The notes beneath the pieces are model-generated. The model made no database searches, had not been told where the DNA came from, and saw only the letters and a list, made by a program, of their open reading frames with translations. The position numbers and the translations under genes were made by a program. Source: Eledone cirrhosa (Eukaryota). Taken from it: DNA of 64,000 nucleotides. Below are positions 44,888-58,592 of this stretch, in pieces. The stretch spans positions 40,672,001 through 40,736,000 of the forward strand of contig OZ024752.1 in NCBI GenBank assembly GCA_964016885.1, given 5' to 3'. Every line of letters starts with the position of its first letter. Positions within the stretch are counted from its first letter, which is position 1.

Positions 44888-45324
44888 CTCTAGAGAGTGA
44901 TGGTGTGTAAATCCCATCCTCGACAGATGTCTTCCTTCAAGGAAGATTCTTTTTTTTTTTTGTTTTCTTTTTATTTCTCCTCTCCTCTCCTCTCCTCTCC
45001 ACAAGAGGACGTAAATTGGCGGAACTTGCCGAGTAAGTTAGTTTAATGTCATCGGACATGCACAGATCTGCTAAAAGCCAATGACAATTATGAATGAATA
45101 GCAATGCATGAGAGAAAGAAAATGGCGTGTTTAGTGATGAGTGAGAGACTTATTGGACTATTGTGAGAGACGTAGCGCTTAGATTTCTTATAATAACATA
45201 GTTGAGGCGATAAAGAGAGAACGCTAGCTGTAGGATTGGTTGATTGGATGCTTGGATGGTTGGATGAACCATGAATGTGTACGTACATATATATATGTAT
45301 CATACATATATATATATATATGTG

Positions 45325-45394
<70 letters not shown>

Positions 45395-45397
45395 ATA

Positions 45398-45750
45398 CGA
45401 TATTAACAAATGGAAACTATATTTATAAAACCATATTTATTTCATTATACATATTTCAAGGATACCAAGTTAAATTATGGTATGCCTTCATCAGACAAAA
45501 TACAATATATACCAGTTTTATAAATAAACATTGACGTACCCTTTCAAAATGCGACCGTTACTTTTGGAAGACATCAGGCATACCATAATTTAACTTGGTA
45601 TCCTTGAAATATGTATAATGAAATAAATATGGTTTTATAAATATAGTTTCCATTTGTTAATATCGTATATCTACTCCAAATACTTGTCGAGTGCTTTATA
45701 TCAGTTATAAAAATATTTACTTGTTGTATCCCAACAATTTAAATAGAACT
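45398..45750. mobile_element. Family A asymmetric foldback; intact hammerhead at 45438-45502 (-)
   Basis: TATTTTGT-CTGATGA-stem II-GAAA-T-atgt-A-TA-ATGAAATA; same outer ends as 12841-13285. Confidence 0.85.
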
Positions 45751-45766
45751 ATATATATATATATAC

Positions 45767-45815
<49 letters not shown>

Positions 45816-45867
45816 CATAAATACTCATGTAGTTACTTATGTATCTATCTATCTAGCTTTTTATCTA

Positions 45868-45912
<45 letters not shown>

Positions 45913-45917
45913 CACAC

Positions 45918-45950
<33 letters not shown>

Positions 45951-45976
45951 CACATATATATATATGTGTGTATATA

Positions 45977-46026
<50 letters not shown>

Positions 46027-46353
46027 CATATATATATGTGTATATATATATGTATATATATATATATATATATACATACATATATATATGTATATATATA
46101 TATGTATATATATATACACATATATATATATATGTGTGTATATATATATATGTATATATATATATACACATATATATATATGTGTATATATATATGTATA
46201 TATATATATACACATATATATATATGTGTATATATATATGTATATATATATATATACACACACACATATATATATGTGTATATATATATGTATATGTATG
46301 TATATGTATATATTGTCTATGAATCAAGTACTTGTACACGAATGACCGCCCCC

Positions 46354-46410
<57 letters not shown>

Positions 46411-46653
46411 CATATATACATACATATATATATACATATATATATATATATATGTATCTATGTATGTATATAGATGACTGATTGTTCTAGAAGTCTAACT
46501 ATGGTGGAAGAGAAGAGGAGTTCTATCAGCAATACAGATTAAGAATACAAGAGACGAAAGTGTGGAGATAATTTGAAGAAGGGAAACAAATTGCTGGAAA
46601 TAATGAGAATCAGATGAGTGTGGGTGGGAGGCGGTGGTGCTGAGAGAGAAGGC

Positions 46654-47596
46654 ATGATGGTGGTGATGGTGGTGGTGGTGGTGATGATGGTGGTGGTGGT
46701 GGTGGTGGTGGTGGTGATGGTGGCGGTGGTGGTGGTGGTGGTGATGGTGGTGATGATGATGGTGATAATGATGGTGATGATGGTGGTGGTGATGGTGATA
46801 ATGATGGTGGTGATGATGGTGGTGGTGGTGGTGGTGGTTGTGGTGTTAATGATGGTGGTGATGATGGTGGTGGTGGTGGTGGTGGTGGTGATGGTGGTGG
46901 TGATGGTGATGGTGATGATGGTGGTGATGGTGATGATGATGATGGTGATAATGATGGTGGCGATGATGGTGATGATGATGATGATGGTGATAATGATGGT
47001 GGTGGTGGTGGTGGTGGTGGTGATGATGGTAATGATGATGGGATGATGGTGGTGGTGATGGTGATAATGATGGTGGTGATGACGGTGGTGGTAGTGATGA
47101 TGGTGGTGGTGGTGGTGGTGGTGGTGGTGGTGATGGTGGTGGTGGTGATGGTGATGGGATGATGGTGGTGTTGATGGTGATAATGGTGGTGGTGGTGATG
47201 ATGGTGGTGGTGATGGTGATGATGGTGGTGGTGGTGGTGGTGATGATGGTGGTGGTGATGGTGATGATGGTGGTGGTGGTGGTGGTGATGGTGGTGGTGG
47301 TGGTGGTGGTGGTGGTGGTGGTAGTGGTGGTGGTGATGATGGTGGTGGTGGTGGTGGTGATGATGGTGGTGGTGGTGATGGTGATGGTGATGATGGTAAT
47401 GATGATGGGATGATGGTGGTGATGGTGATGATGGTGATGGTGATGATGGTGGTGGTGGTGGTGATGGTGATGATGGTAATGATGATGGTGATGATGGTGG
47501 TGGTGATGGTGATGATGATGATGGTGATGATGATGGTCGTGGTGATGATGATGGTGATGGTGATGATGATGATGATGAGGGTGATGGGGATGATGA
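46654..47596. repeat. (GGT/GAT)n trinucleotide tract, followed by (GA)n at 47686-47946
   Basis: Directly visible. Confidence 0.96.
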
Positions 47597-47681
47597 CTTG
47601 CTTGAATTGTGCATTGAGCGACAGAACCGATGTAGATGAGAAAGACCTCTGTGTCAAGTGAGAGAAAGTGTGAAGACATGC

Positions 47682-47788
<107 letters not shown>

Positions 47789-47893
47789 AAAGAGAGAGAG
47801 AGAGAGAGAAGTAAAGAGAGAGACAGAGGGAGAAAGAGAAAGGGAGAGAAAGAAAGGAAGAGAGAACAGGGAGAGAGAGAGAGAGATGGAGAC

Positions 47894-47948
<55 letters not shown>

Positions 47949-48203
47949 CTGAAATAGCCAGATAGAAAAAGAGAAAGAAGGATAAGGAAGTGGAAGTGAA
48001 AGAAATTGTAGGAGAAAACCAATGAGATAATTGGAATAATACTTCGAAAGATATAAGGATTTCGCCATTACTACCTTCAAATGGTTTCATATAGATGTCC
48101 GAGAATATATCTTAAGCTGGTAAAATACGTCCCGCTTCTCGAAAAAGGTTGTCCATGCCTGGCCTAGTACCTAAATCAGAAACCATTATTATGGCACAAT
48201 AAC

Positions 48204-48390
48204 GTGGCGGTGGATTGGCAGTATCGGTGGAGGGTCGGACGCCATGCTTTCCAGCATAGTTACGTCCCTTTACGATCTGTGTTCAAATCCCGCCGAGGTT
48301 GACTTTGCCTTTCATCCTTACGGGGTCGATAAAATAAAGTCCCAGTAACGCACTGGGTAATTGCTGGCCTTGTGCCTAAAGTAGAAACAA
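48204..48390 (+). mobile_element. OK-like SINE with 19-bp TSD
   Basis: ATTATTATGGCACAATAAC at 48185-48203 and 48390-48408. Confidence 0.93.
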
Positions 48391-49574
48391 TTATTATGGC
48401 ACAATAACAAATAATTACTATAACTGAAAACCCTCATCGTGGTAAAGAACCTAGGGATAACAAGCATGGATATGGACTAACAAGTCATTTATCAAAGTCA
48501 CAAAATTAGAATTGATCACAAATATCTATCAAATACACTGAAAGAGAAAGAGATGTCCAACTTGTTATATTGAAAAGACTTATCAAATAACATGACTGTT
48601 CAGCTAAAAATACTATATCATTTACCTCAATTATAGGTATTGTTTCATAGTAGAGATTACAGTTGAGCTTCAATGGATGAGAAAATTAGATTGTATAAAT
48701 ATAGCTAGCGTTTAAGCAAGCCAATGTGTTGCTTTGATATTGAAACACCTCCATTGCAATCAAATATTAGAACTTACTAACTATAGGTACAGAGAGATGC
48801 GAAATTGTCACACTTTATCAGTTTTCTCAGTAATTTCGGGTAATCGTAATAGAAAAATACATAAACAAATACATAATTATTATATACATGATGAATCGGG
48901 CGCGTGACAATCTCAGCGAGTCGTGTCGGCTGCTTTATTTTCCATACCCTGTTATAGTTATTGTGTCATTAATTAGACCTTGTAAAGAACTGAATGTCAC
49001 ATCACTCCAAATATATCTTGTTTTTATATGAAATAGATATAAAAAGTAATGAATAAATGTGGCAAGTAACGTATTATAGCAGTAAGCTCTTGATTTTTCG
49101 AGTAAGCAAATAGGTTTCGATTCTCTCCTGTTGCTATTTTATTCCACATTACATTTCTAACGTTCTTGATAAGTGCATCAACATCTCAAGTTCTCATTTA
49201 CTTGATAAATCTCTATCAATTGACTGATATACATATATATTCAATGTATAGTTTTGTTTTGCACCCTCTTACTTTTTCCACTTAAAAAGGGGATTTAAAC
49301 CCCGAAATATTATGTTGAAATATACTGGGTAGGAAAAACATTACTTTGTTTTATTTTATTTATCATTCTTTGCCATTTATATATTTCTACCGCATTGTAC
49401 CGGCTTTCTTGAAAAGTTATCAGCCATTTATCATATTCAATGTATATTTTATAATCATACGTCTACATTTCACGCTAGTAGAATATACAGAAGCGAAAAA
49501 CCAATCCAAACCAAACAGTGAGTGTGTCTTATTATTATTTCTGGCAATATTATAACTGTATGACCCTCCCCAAG

Positions 49575-49658
<84 letters not shown>

Positions 49659-49674
49659 TAAAATAACAGATTAA

Positions 49675-49725
49675 AGTTTAAGCAAAGAATCGCTGCTTTC
49701 ACCCTTAACGGGATCTTCTGAAACT
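49675..49725 (-). ncRNA. Hammerhead-like fold (family D; element 49655-49907) with CAGAAGA core
   Basis: AGTTT-CAGAAGA-TCCC-gttaa-GGGT-GAA-AGCA-gcgattctt-TGCT-T-AAACT. Confidence 0.62.
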
Positions 49726-49907
49726 AACAAAGTCAATCTGTAAACGCAGAAGTGGATATTTCAAAAAGCGTTGCAACCGGAGGAAGACAGGAAGACGTTA
49801 ATCTGCTATTTTAATAAATATTTGCTCTACGGTTCTTATATATTTGATATATATTTATCCTTATCAAGCCCTCTTTGGATTTTAGTCTTCAAATTTATTA
49901 TTATTAC

Positions 49908-49953
<46 letters not shown>

Positions 49954-50290
49954 TAGAGAAAGTGAGATTAGATAAAATGAGAATTCAACCCAGTATTTGT
50001 CTGATAGTTTATCTGTTGATTCATAAAGGATGGAAATACAAGGTAACACCAAAGCACAAAGATCCGGACTCCTCTTAGTTGACATAACCGAGGTTCATTT
50101 GTCGGCTGGAATCAGTCGCTAATATTCCTAGGGAAAATAACAACAACACAGCTTAATATATTAATTCTAAAAATTATTTTTATTTTCACTTGAGAGATTC
50201 TGTTGATAATACATAACCGCACATCACAAACAAACAAAACAAGACAAAATAGAAAGCATTCATCAATTTCTGATTCGTATTGAAGCTCAC

Positions 50291-50324
50291 TAAATCATCT
50301 TCGTTCTTATCTTGTCGGTAGTGA
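50291..50324 (-). CDS. Candidate 34-nt internal exon
   Basis: cgttcttctacAG | (x)HYRQDKNEDDL | GTGAGC. Confidence 0.4.
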
Positions 50325-50383
50325 CTGTAGAAGAACGTTGGAGATAGATAGATAGATAGAGAAAGAGAGAGCGAGGGCGATAG

Positions 50384-50414
<31 letters not shown>

Positions 50415-50416
50415 TA

Positions 50417-50512
<96 letters not shown>

Positions 50513-50515
50513 TAG

Positions 50516-50554
<39 letters not shown>

Positions 50555-50914
50555 GATAGATAGATAGAGATAGATAGATAGATAGAGAAGGATGTATAGA
50601 TAGATAGAGAGGGAAAGAGAAATATATCTAAAGATTGATAAAGAGCGAGAGGGAAGGAGAGAGAGGGAGAGAGAAAGAGAGTGAGAGAGAGAGAGAAGAA
50701 ATGTTTACTTAAAATACAAGCCACTGATATAGACGAAGTATGAACTAATGTTTCCTCAGAGTTTATCTGTGTTTTTAATATAAGATTGATTTATTTCGAT
50801 TAGTCGTAAGATCAATTTTGACATTGTAAATTAAATTATGATTTCTAACTGAGACAAAAAAAAAAAATGTTTGGACGAGAAGGACTTTAAGACTTTAAGG
50901 AACAAGTGAGCCTC

Positions 50915-51110
50915 AGCTAGTTACACGAACTGCTAGAAATAACAGCCAGTTGTATATCAAATCACAGTCTCGTATCATAAAATGGAAACATTGAATAATA
51001 TAATGAGGATTATATATTTTCTGAATAAAGATGGGATAACCATAATTGGAATGCCTTTGACCTGTTTTCTGCTCAATCAGGGCTGATTTTAGGCTAAATA
51101 GCAACAACAA
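50915..51110 (+). mobile_element. Old dispersed retroposon remnant with (CAA)n tail (related piece at about 24825-24890)
   Basis: Shared CTGCTAGAAATAACA...TCAAATCACA. Confidence 0.5.
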
Positions 51111-51270
51111 TAACACAAACAGTATTCCAGGTTTGGATAGAATGAATGCATGGTCTCCTAACACATATGGGAGTCATAAGGACGTCGTATGACATACGGC
51201 GGGTCTAGGGTATTTTAAAATCTAGCGGAGCCCGACTATCTCCACGTCTGAATACGGCAGATTTTTTCCA

Positions 51271-51789
51271 GAGAAGGATTGAGAGCTAGAGAATAGAAAT
51301 GAGAAAGATATATAGCGAAAGATTCGACCCCAGTACGACACTGGTACTTTTGTATCGACTTCGAATGGATTGAGAAGGATTGAGAGTTAGAGAATAGAAA
51401 TGAGAAAGATATATAGAGAAAGATTCGACCCCAGTACGACACTGGTACTTTTGTATCGACTTCGAATGGATTGAGAAGGATTGAGAGTTAGAGAATAGAA
51501 ATGAGAAAGATATATAGAGAAAGATTCGACCCCAGTACGACACTGGTACTTTTTGTATCGACTTCGAATGGATTGAGAAGGATTGAGAGTTAGAGAATAG
51601 AAATGAGAAAGATATATAGAGAAAGATTCGACCCCAGTACTACACTGGTACTTTTGTATCCACTTCGAATGGATGAAAGGCAAAGTTAACCTCAACGGGA
51701 TTTGAACAACTCTGAGAGCAGAAAGCTAAAACGAATACAACAAAGCATTCTATCTGACATTCTAATGACTCTGCCAATTCGCCGCCTTC
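51271..51789 (-). repeat. 101-bp tandem x4 made of a SINE 3' segment plus flank, continuing into a diverged SINE (about 51630-51789)
   Basis: Units at 51271, 51372, 51473, 51575. Confidence 0.88.
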
Positions 51790-52736
51790 TTGGATAGAAT
51801 ACTTCCACACTAAACACTGCAAACTCCTTCCAACTCACTATTTTTATGTTCTACTTCAGAGGAATAAGATCAGAAAACATATATGAGATATTGATAATTC
51901 TATATAAATCTTCTGCTCCAAGAAGCAAAAGCATAACAAAAAAAAAAAATAAAAAAAAAAATATTAAAAAATAAGAAGCAAAAATGAAATAAAAAAAAAA
52001 TACTGTGACAAATATTTATATAACATTTTGACCTCAGCTTCATAGAGAAACGAAATTTATTTCCTGATAGTCAACGATATGTTCGTGACGTAGAGAATAT
52101 ATTTAATGCATCACTCTCACAGAGTTTGCTATATATAAAATATTCAGGTATATTCTGATATATTTTCTTAATGTAACATAAAATATGATCCTTTAGTTAA
52201 TAATAAACTCCCAGAGAACTTTAGGTGTTTTTTTTTTGTCCTATTACTGCAGCAGCAGCACTCTATTGTAGGATAGGTCTGAAGCTCTAAACTTAGGTCT
52301 AGAAGGAAACTTTACTGAGAGAGAAAATTTGACGATACTAGCCAGATGTGGGTGAAACGGTCATTTATAAAAGTATATATTTGGAAAGATGGACAATTTA
52401 TTGAAGCTAAAATATTTATATACTCGCTAACCTTCGGTCAAACGACCAGCAACGAGATGATATATAGCAATATCTATCGATTATAGATATTTATTGCAAA
52501 ATATTTGTTTTTCCGCATGAACCCGAAAACGACCAAAGAGCAACAACAACAACAACGACGACAACAACAACAACAACGACAACAACATAAACAGTGCCGA
52601 CATTGATATTAACAAGAAGAAAAACGGAAGAGATAAATGAATAATAGATGCAATTTTCGAACAAGTTCTAAGATTCAAGGTAGATATGACTGGAGGTTAT
52701 CTGTGTCAGCTGAGACCTTTCATATAACTTATGGGA

Positions 52737-52799
<63 letters not shown>

Positions 52800-52804
52800 G
52801 TATG

Positions 52805-52917
<113 letters not shown>

Positions 52918-52936
52918 ATATATATATATATGTATG

Positions 52937-52967
<31 letters not shown>

Positions 52968-53016
52968 ATATATAATATAATATATATAATATATATATAA
53001 TATATATATAATATAT

Positions 53017-53088
<72 letters not shown>

Positions 53089-53093
53089 GTATG

Positions 53094-53154
<61 letters not shown>

Positions 53155-53214
53155 ATATATTATATATATATTATATATATATTATATATATTATATTATA
53201 TTATATATATATAA

Positions 53215-53258
<44 letters not shown>

Positions 53259-53281
53259 TTATATATATATAATATAATATA

Positions 53282-53318
<37 letters not shown>

Positions 53319-53356
53319 TTTATATATAATATAATATAATATAATATAATATAATA

Positions 53357-53387
<31 letters not shown>

Positions 53388-53528
53388 ATCTATATATATG
53401 TATGTGTATATATATATGTATGTGTATATGTATGTGTGTATGTGCGTATATGTATATATATATATATGGATGCACACACCCCACATATATATGTGCTTGT
53501 TCCTCTGACACCCTTTCTTTCTATGCGT

Positions 53529-53637
<109 letters not shown>

Positions 53638-54053
53638 CAAAGGAATTTCTCAAAACCAAACTGTAGTAAAAATCTGAATTCTTATTGAAATATTGAATTA
53701 GCAACAGTAAAACCAGTTTATGGGTTGCAGCTGAACACCCTATAAAACTTTCACTGCTCTCTTCCTTATTGAAGATTATCGTATAGGTCAGGAGACCCAA
53801 CATATCTGATTAATGACACGATACTGGCTTAGGTTTGCTTTGACATTTGGTGACATTTGGACTCATATTTCGCCCCCTCTTATAAACTAGAATTTTTCTA
53901 TTAACCGAGCGGTGGTGATGATTAGTATATTCGCCAGACTTTCTCTTTCAGAAGATCATTTCCCTCTTTCTAAACGGTGAAGATGATGGAGAGCTTAAAA
54001 GAAATTACGTTTTGCTTTGCTCTATCTAGTTTCTTCTCTCATTGTTCTAACTT

Positions 54054-55902
54054 TAGTGTGTTTTCCCATTTCTCTATCTATAGTGTGTTTTCCCATTTCT
54101 CTATCTATAGAGTGTTTTCCCATTTCTCTATCTATAGTGTGTTTTCCCATTTCTCTATCTATAGTGTGTTTTCCCATTTCTCTATCTATAGTGTGTTTTC
54201 CCATTTCTCTATCTATAGAGTGTTTTCCCATTTCTCTATCTATAGAGTGTTTTCCCATTTCTCTATCTATAGTGTGTTTTCCCATTTCTCTATCTATAGT
54301 GTGTTTTCCCATTTCTCTATCTATAGTGTGTTTTCCCATTTCTCTATCTGTAGAGTGTTTTCCCATTTCTCTATCTGTAGAGTGTTCTCTCATTTCTCTA
54401 TCTATAGTATGTTCTCCCATTTCTCTATCTATAGAGTGTTTTCCCATTTCTCTATCTATAGAGTGTTTTCCCATTTCTCTATCTGTAGAGTGTTCTCTCA
54501 TTTCTCTATCTATAGAGTGTTCTCTCATTTCTCTATCTATAGTGTGTTTTCCCATTTCTCTATCTATAGTGTGTTTTCCCATTTCTCTATCTATAGTGTG
54601 TTTTCCCATTTCTCTATCTATAGAGTGTTCTCTCATTGTTCTATCTATAGTGTGTTTTCCCATTTCTCTATCTATAGTATGTTCTCCCATTTCTCTATCT
54701 ATAGTGTGTTTTCCCATTTCTCTATCTATAGTGTGTTTTCCCATTTCTCTATCTATAGTGTGTTTTCCCATTTCTCTATCTATAGTGTGTTTTCCCATTT
54801 CTCTATCTATAGTGTGTTTTCCCATTTCTCTATCTATAGTGTGTTTTCCCATTTCTCTATCTATAGTGTGTTTTCCCATTTCTCTATCTATAGTGTGTTT
54901 TCCCATTTCTCTATCTATAGTGTGTTTTCCCATTTCTCTATCTGTAGAGTGTTTTCCCATTTCTCTATCTATAGTGTGTTTTCCCATTTCTCTATCTATA
55001 GTGTGTTTTCCCATTTCTCTATCTATAGTGTGTTTTCCCATTTCTCTATCTGTAGAGTGTTTTCCCATTTCTCTATCTGTAGAGTGTTCTCTCATTTCTC
55101 TATCTATAGTATGTTCTCCCATTTCTCTATCTATAGAGTGTTTTCCCATTTCTCTATCTATAGAGTGTTTTCCCATTTCTCTATCTGTAGAGTGTTCTCT
55201 CATTTCTCTATCTATAGAGTGTTCTCTCATTTCTCTATCTATAGTGTGTTTTCCCATTTCTCTATCTATAGTGTGTTTTCCCATTTCTCTATCTATAGAG
55301 TGTTCTCTCATTGTTCTATCTATAGTGTGTTTTCCCATTTCTCTATCTATAGTATGTTCTCCCATTTCTCTATCTGTAGAGTGTTCTCTCATTTCTCTAT
55401 CTGTAGTTTGTTCTCTCATTTCTCTATCTATAGTATGTTCTCCCATTTCTCTATCTGTAGAGTGTTCTCTCATTTCTCTATCTATAGTATGTTTTCCCAT
55501 TTCTCTATCTATAGAGTGTTTTCCCATTTCTCTATCTATAGTATGTTTTCCCATTTCTCTATCTATAGTATGTTTTCGCATTTCTCTATCTGTAGAGTGT
55601 TTTCCCATTTCTCTATCTATAGTATGTTCTCCCATTTCTCTATCTGTAGAGTGTTCTCTCATTTCTCTATCTGTAGAGTGTTTTCCCATTTCTCTATCTA
55701 TAGAGTGTTTTCGCATTTCTCTATCTGTAGAGTGTTCTCTCATTTCTCTATCTATAGTATGTTCTCCCATTTCTCTATCTGTAGAGTGTTCTCTCATTTC
55801 TCTATCTATAGTATGTTCTCCCATTTCTCTATCTGTAGAGTGTTTTCCCATTTCTCTATCTGTAGAGTGTTCTCTCATTTCTCTATCTGTAGTTTGTTCT
55901 CT
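54054..55902. repeat. 27-bp minisatellite, about 68 copies (TAGTGTGTTTTCCCATTTCTCTATCTA)
   Basis: Directly visible; source of the three 640-670 aa ORFs. Confidence 0.97.
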
Positions 55903-55950
55903 GGATGAAAATATCTTGGTGGTCAGTGTTATTACTAATACCAACAAAGA

Positions 55951-56330
55951 GGGGGGTGAGTTGGCAGTATCAGTAGAGCGGGGGACAACATGCTTCGTGA
56001 CATACAGTTATAGTCCTTTAGGTTCTTAGTTCAAATCCTAGCGAGGTTAACTGTGCCTTTCATCGTTACGGAGTCGATAAAATAAAGTACCAGTAACGAA
56101 CTGGGGTTGATTTAACCGACTTTCTCATCCACAAACAATGTGAGCCTTGTTCCTAAATCAGAAACCATTGTCGGACGCCATGCTTTCCAGCATAGTTACG
56201 TCCCTTTACGATTTGAGCTCAAATCCCGCCGAGGTTGACTTTGCCTTTCATCCTTACGGGGTCGATAAAATAAAGTACCAGTAATGCACTGGGTAATTGC
56301 TGGCCTTGTGCCTAAAGTAGAAACAATTAT
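55951..56330 (+). mobile_element. Older long-form SINE (55951-56168) followed immediately by a 5'-truncated younger short-form copy (56170-56330)
   Basis: Family consensus twice. Confidence 0.85.
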
Positions 56331-56361
56331 CAATACTAACAACAGTGATAACATATATAAC

Positions 56362-56498
56362 AGGCATGTGGTTAGAATGTCTCAGCAAAGAATCGCTGGA
56401 CAGAATTTACGGGCAAAAACCAATCGGCAGGAAACCCAGGGGTAGACGACGAGCAAGATGGTTGGATAACATCCATGAGCTCGACTGGTTTCGCCTTG
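56362..56498 (+). pseudogene. Fragment of the same RTE family as 17720-18600
   Basis: GHVVRMSQQRIAGQ...GRKPRGRRRARWLDNI. Confidence 0.8.
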
Positions 56499-56916
56499 CT
56501 AATTAGATATTGAAAATGTATAAGTTGGAAGTTCTTGGATAGAAACAGAAGAGAAATTGGGAGAGACTGAAATCAGAGGAGATGAGAGGATGTTCTATCT
56601 TCTGTGGTCTAATAATCCTTGGTCTTTCTGTCCTTTGTTTCTCATTTATGGCATTTATAGTTCTTTCCTCTACTTTCCCATACAGCCAGATCTTCCCTTC
56701 TTTACCCCGTCCCCATTTTGTCATTATTTATATAATTAATTATGAAAACTTAATAAATAATTTATTGTAGATGTAATTTAAAACAACAACATAAATAAAT
56801 AAATAAATGAAATAAAAGAGGGGAATATTAGAAGACGTAAGGAAGGGGAGATTATTGGCCAGCTTAAGGTAGGGAGTGGCTTGTTTTTGTTTGTCAGAGC
56901 AGTAAATAACAACACC

Positions 56917-56991
<75 letters not shown>

Positions 56992-57503
56992 GAATAATCG
57001 AGTATCGAAAAATCGGCGCACGAGTTCACGATAAACAAAATTCGACATGAGTGGCAGAGGGCTCAATAATTCAGATAAATCAGAGCTATAACTATCGTGA
57101 AAATACCAACACACATAGATTATGTCTAAAATCACCCAAACTACCGAAAAATTACGATCAGGAAGATTCGGGTCACTCAGATAAAATATCAATAAATCAA
57201 TAAATCATATGAATGTAAAAAGCTTACCCGGACCCACTAGAAAGATGGTAAATCTAGCTTCTTGGGTTTATATATATATATATATATACATACATGCAAA
57301 AAGCCTGCTGGTTAGAAACTGTTTACAACACAATTCAGCACACAATTAACACGAACATGTTTCTAAGCTGCTCGCTTGCATATTGTCTTACACATGCATA
57401 CACATATAGAGTTAAATGATTTGCATATATGCAGGACACCAGAGGACATTAATATGCAAATGCTTACGTATTACATTAGCCATAGGTTTTCAAAAAAAAT
57501 ATA

Positions 57504-57672
57504 AAGGGTGGGCCAGAATTCATGACTCACTTGATTATTTATAGATCTATTAGCGCAAAATGTTATAAAACAAGTTAACGAATATAAAGGAATATAAATT
57601 AAGAAATCTGTTAAGTTAAGCATGTTAAGAAATATAATTAAGAAAGCGAGTCATGAATTCTGGCCCACCCTG
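57504..57672. mobile_element. Tc1/mariner-type MITE
   Basis: TIR AGGGTGGGCCAGAATTCATGACTC / GAGTCATGAATTCTGGCCCACCCTG; TA on both flanks. Confidence 0.85.
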
Positions 57673-57742
57673 TACATGCCGATCTATATATACGTATGGA
57701 AGAATTCACATGTTTTCATAAATGTATGCTTCATTCATTTAT

Positions 57743-57786
<44 letters not shown>

Positions 57787-57921
57787 GTTATTCACTTCCT
57801 TAGCAATTTTTACTTGATAATTTTTACTTGATAATTTTCCTATGCTTTAATGTATGTATACTCCATATTCTTCTGAGTTTTTGGCTTGTATTGGCCGATA
57901 GTGCTTCTTATAACTTTACTT

Positions 57922-57959
57922 GCCCTGATGAGTCCTTAATAGGACGAAACATTGTTGGC
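57922..57959 (+). ncRNA. Minimal type-I hammerhead (family E; element about 57787-58110 in (TA)n)
   Basis: GCC-CTGATGA-GTCCT-taat-AGGAC-GAA-AC-att-GT-T-GGC followed by AATAAA. Confidence 0.82.
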
Positions 57960-58233
57960 TAATAAAGACTTTTGATGTATTGAAGGCTTCTTTGGTTTAT
58001 TTTCATAATTCTTCGGCTCTGTTTAATTACATTGAGCTATACCTTTACTGTCATTTCTATAATACGAAGAGGGTGTTTAACTCCAACACACTCTAGTATT
58101 TTAATTTTTATATATATATATATATATATACCTATATTTACAAAGAAGCAGAGTGCATATGCATGAAAACAGGTGGGATAGAGGTTGCTTGTGAAAATGA
58201 GAGCGAAAAATGTTCATTTATTCCTAAGGGAAG

Positions 58234-58450
58234 GGTGGTCGATCGGCAGTATCGGTAGAGGGTTGGACGCTATGCTTTGCAGCATAGAGTTACGGCCCAT
58301 TATGATCTGAGCTCAAATCCTCAAGGGTTAACTTCGCCTTCCATCCTTACAGGGTCGATAAAATAAAGTACCAGTCAGCCACTGGGGTCGATTTAATCAA
58401 TTTTCCCCTCCCCCCAAAATTGCTGGCCTTGTGCCTATATAAGAAACCAT
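58234..58450 (+). mobile_element. OK-like SINE, long form
   Basis: Family consensus with extra CTGGGGTCGATTTAATC segment. Confidence 0.85.
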
Positions 58451-58592
58451 TTATACATATCCAAGGGAGAATATAATGTGTTGTACATTTGTTTCCTGGA
58501 ATGTAGGGCCACATGAGGTGTCTATATACCAGACACCATGTGGTACTCAATAGAATTGCCAGTGTGTTGAAATGATGGGTTAGTCCAGAGTA

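Noticed and set aside
53977-56029. Three 640-670 aa ORFs
   Set aside because: A stop-free 27-bp minisatellite open on both strands; no coding signature.
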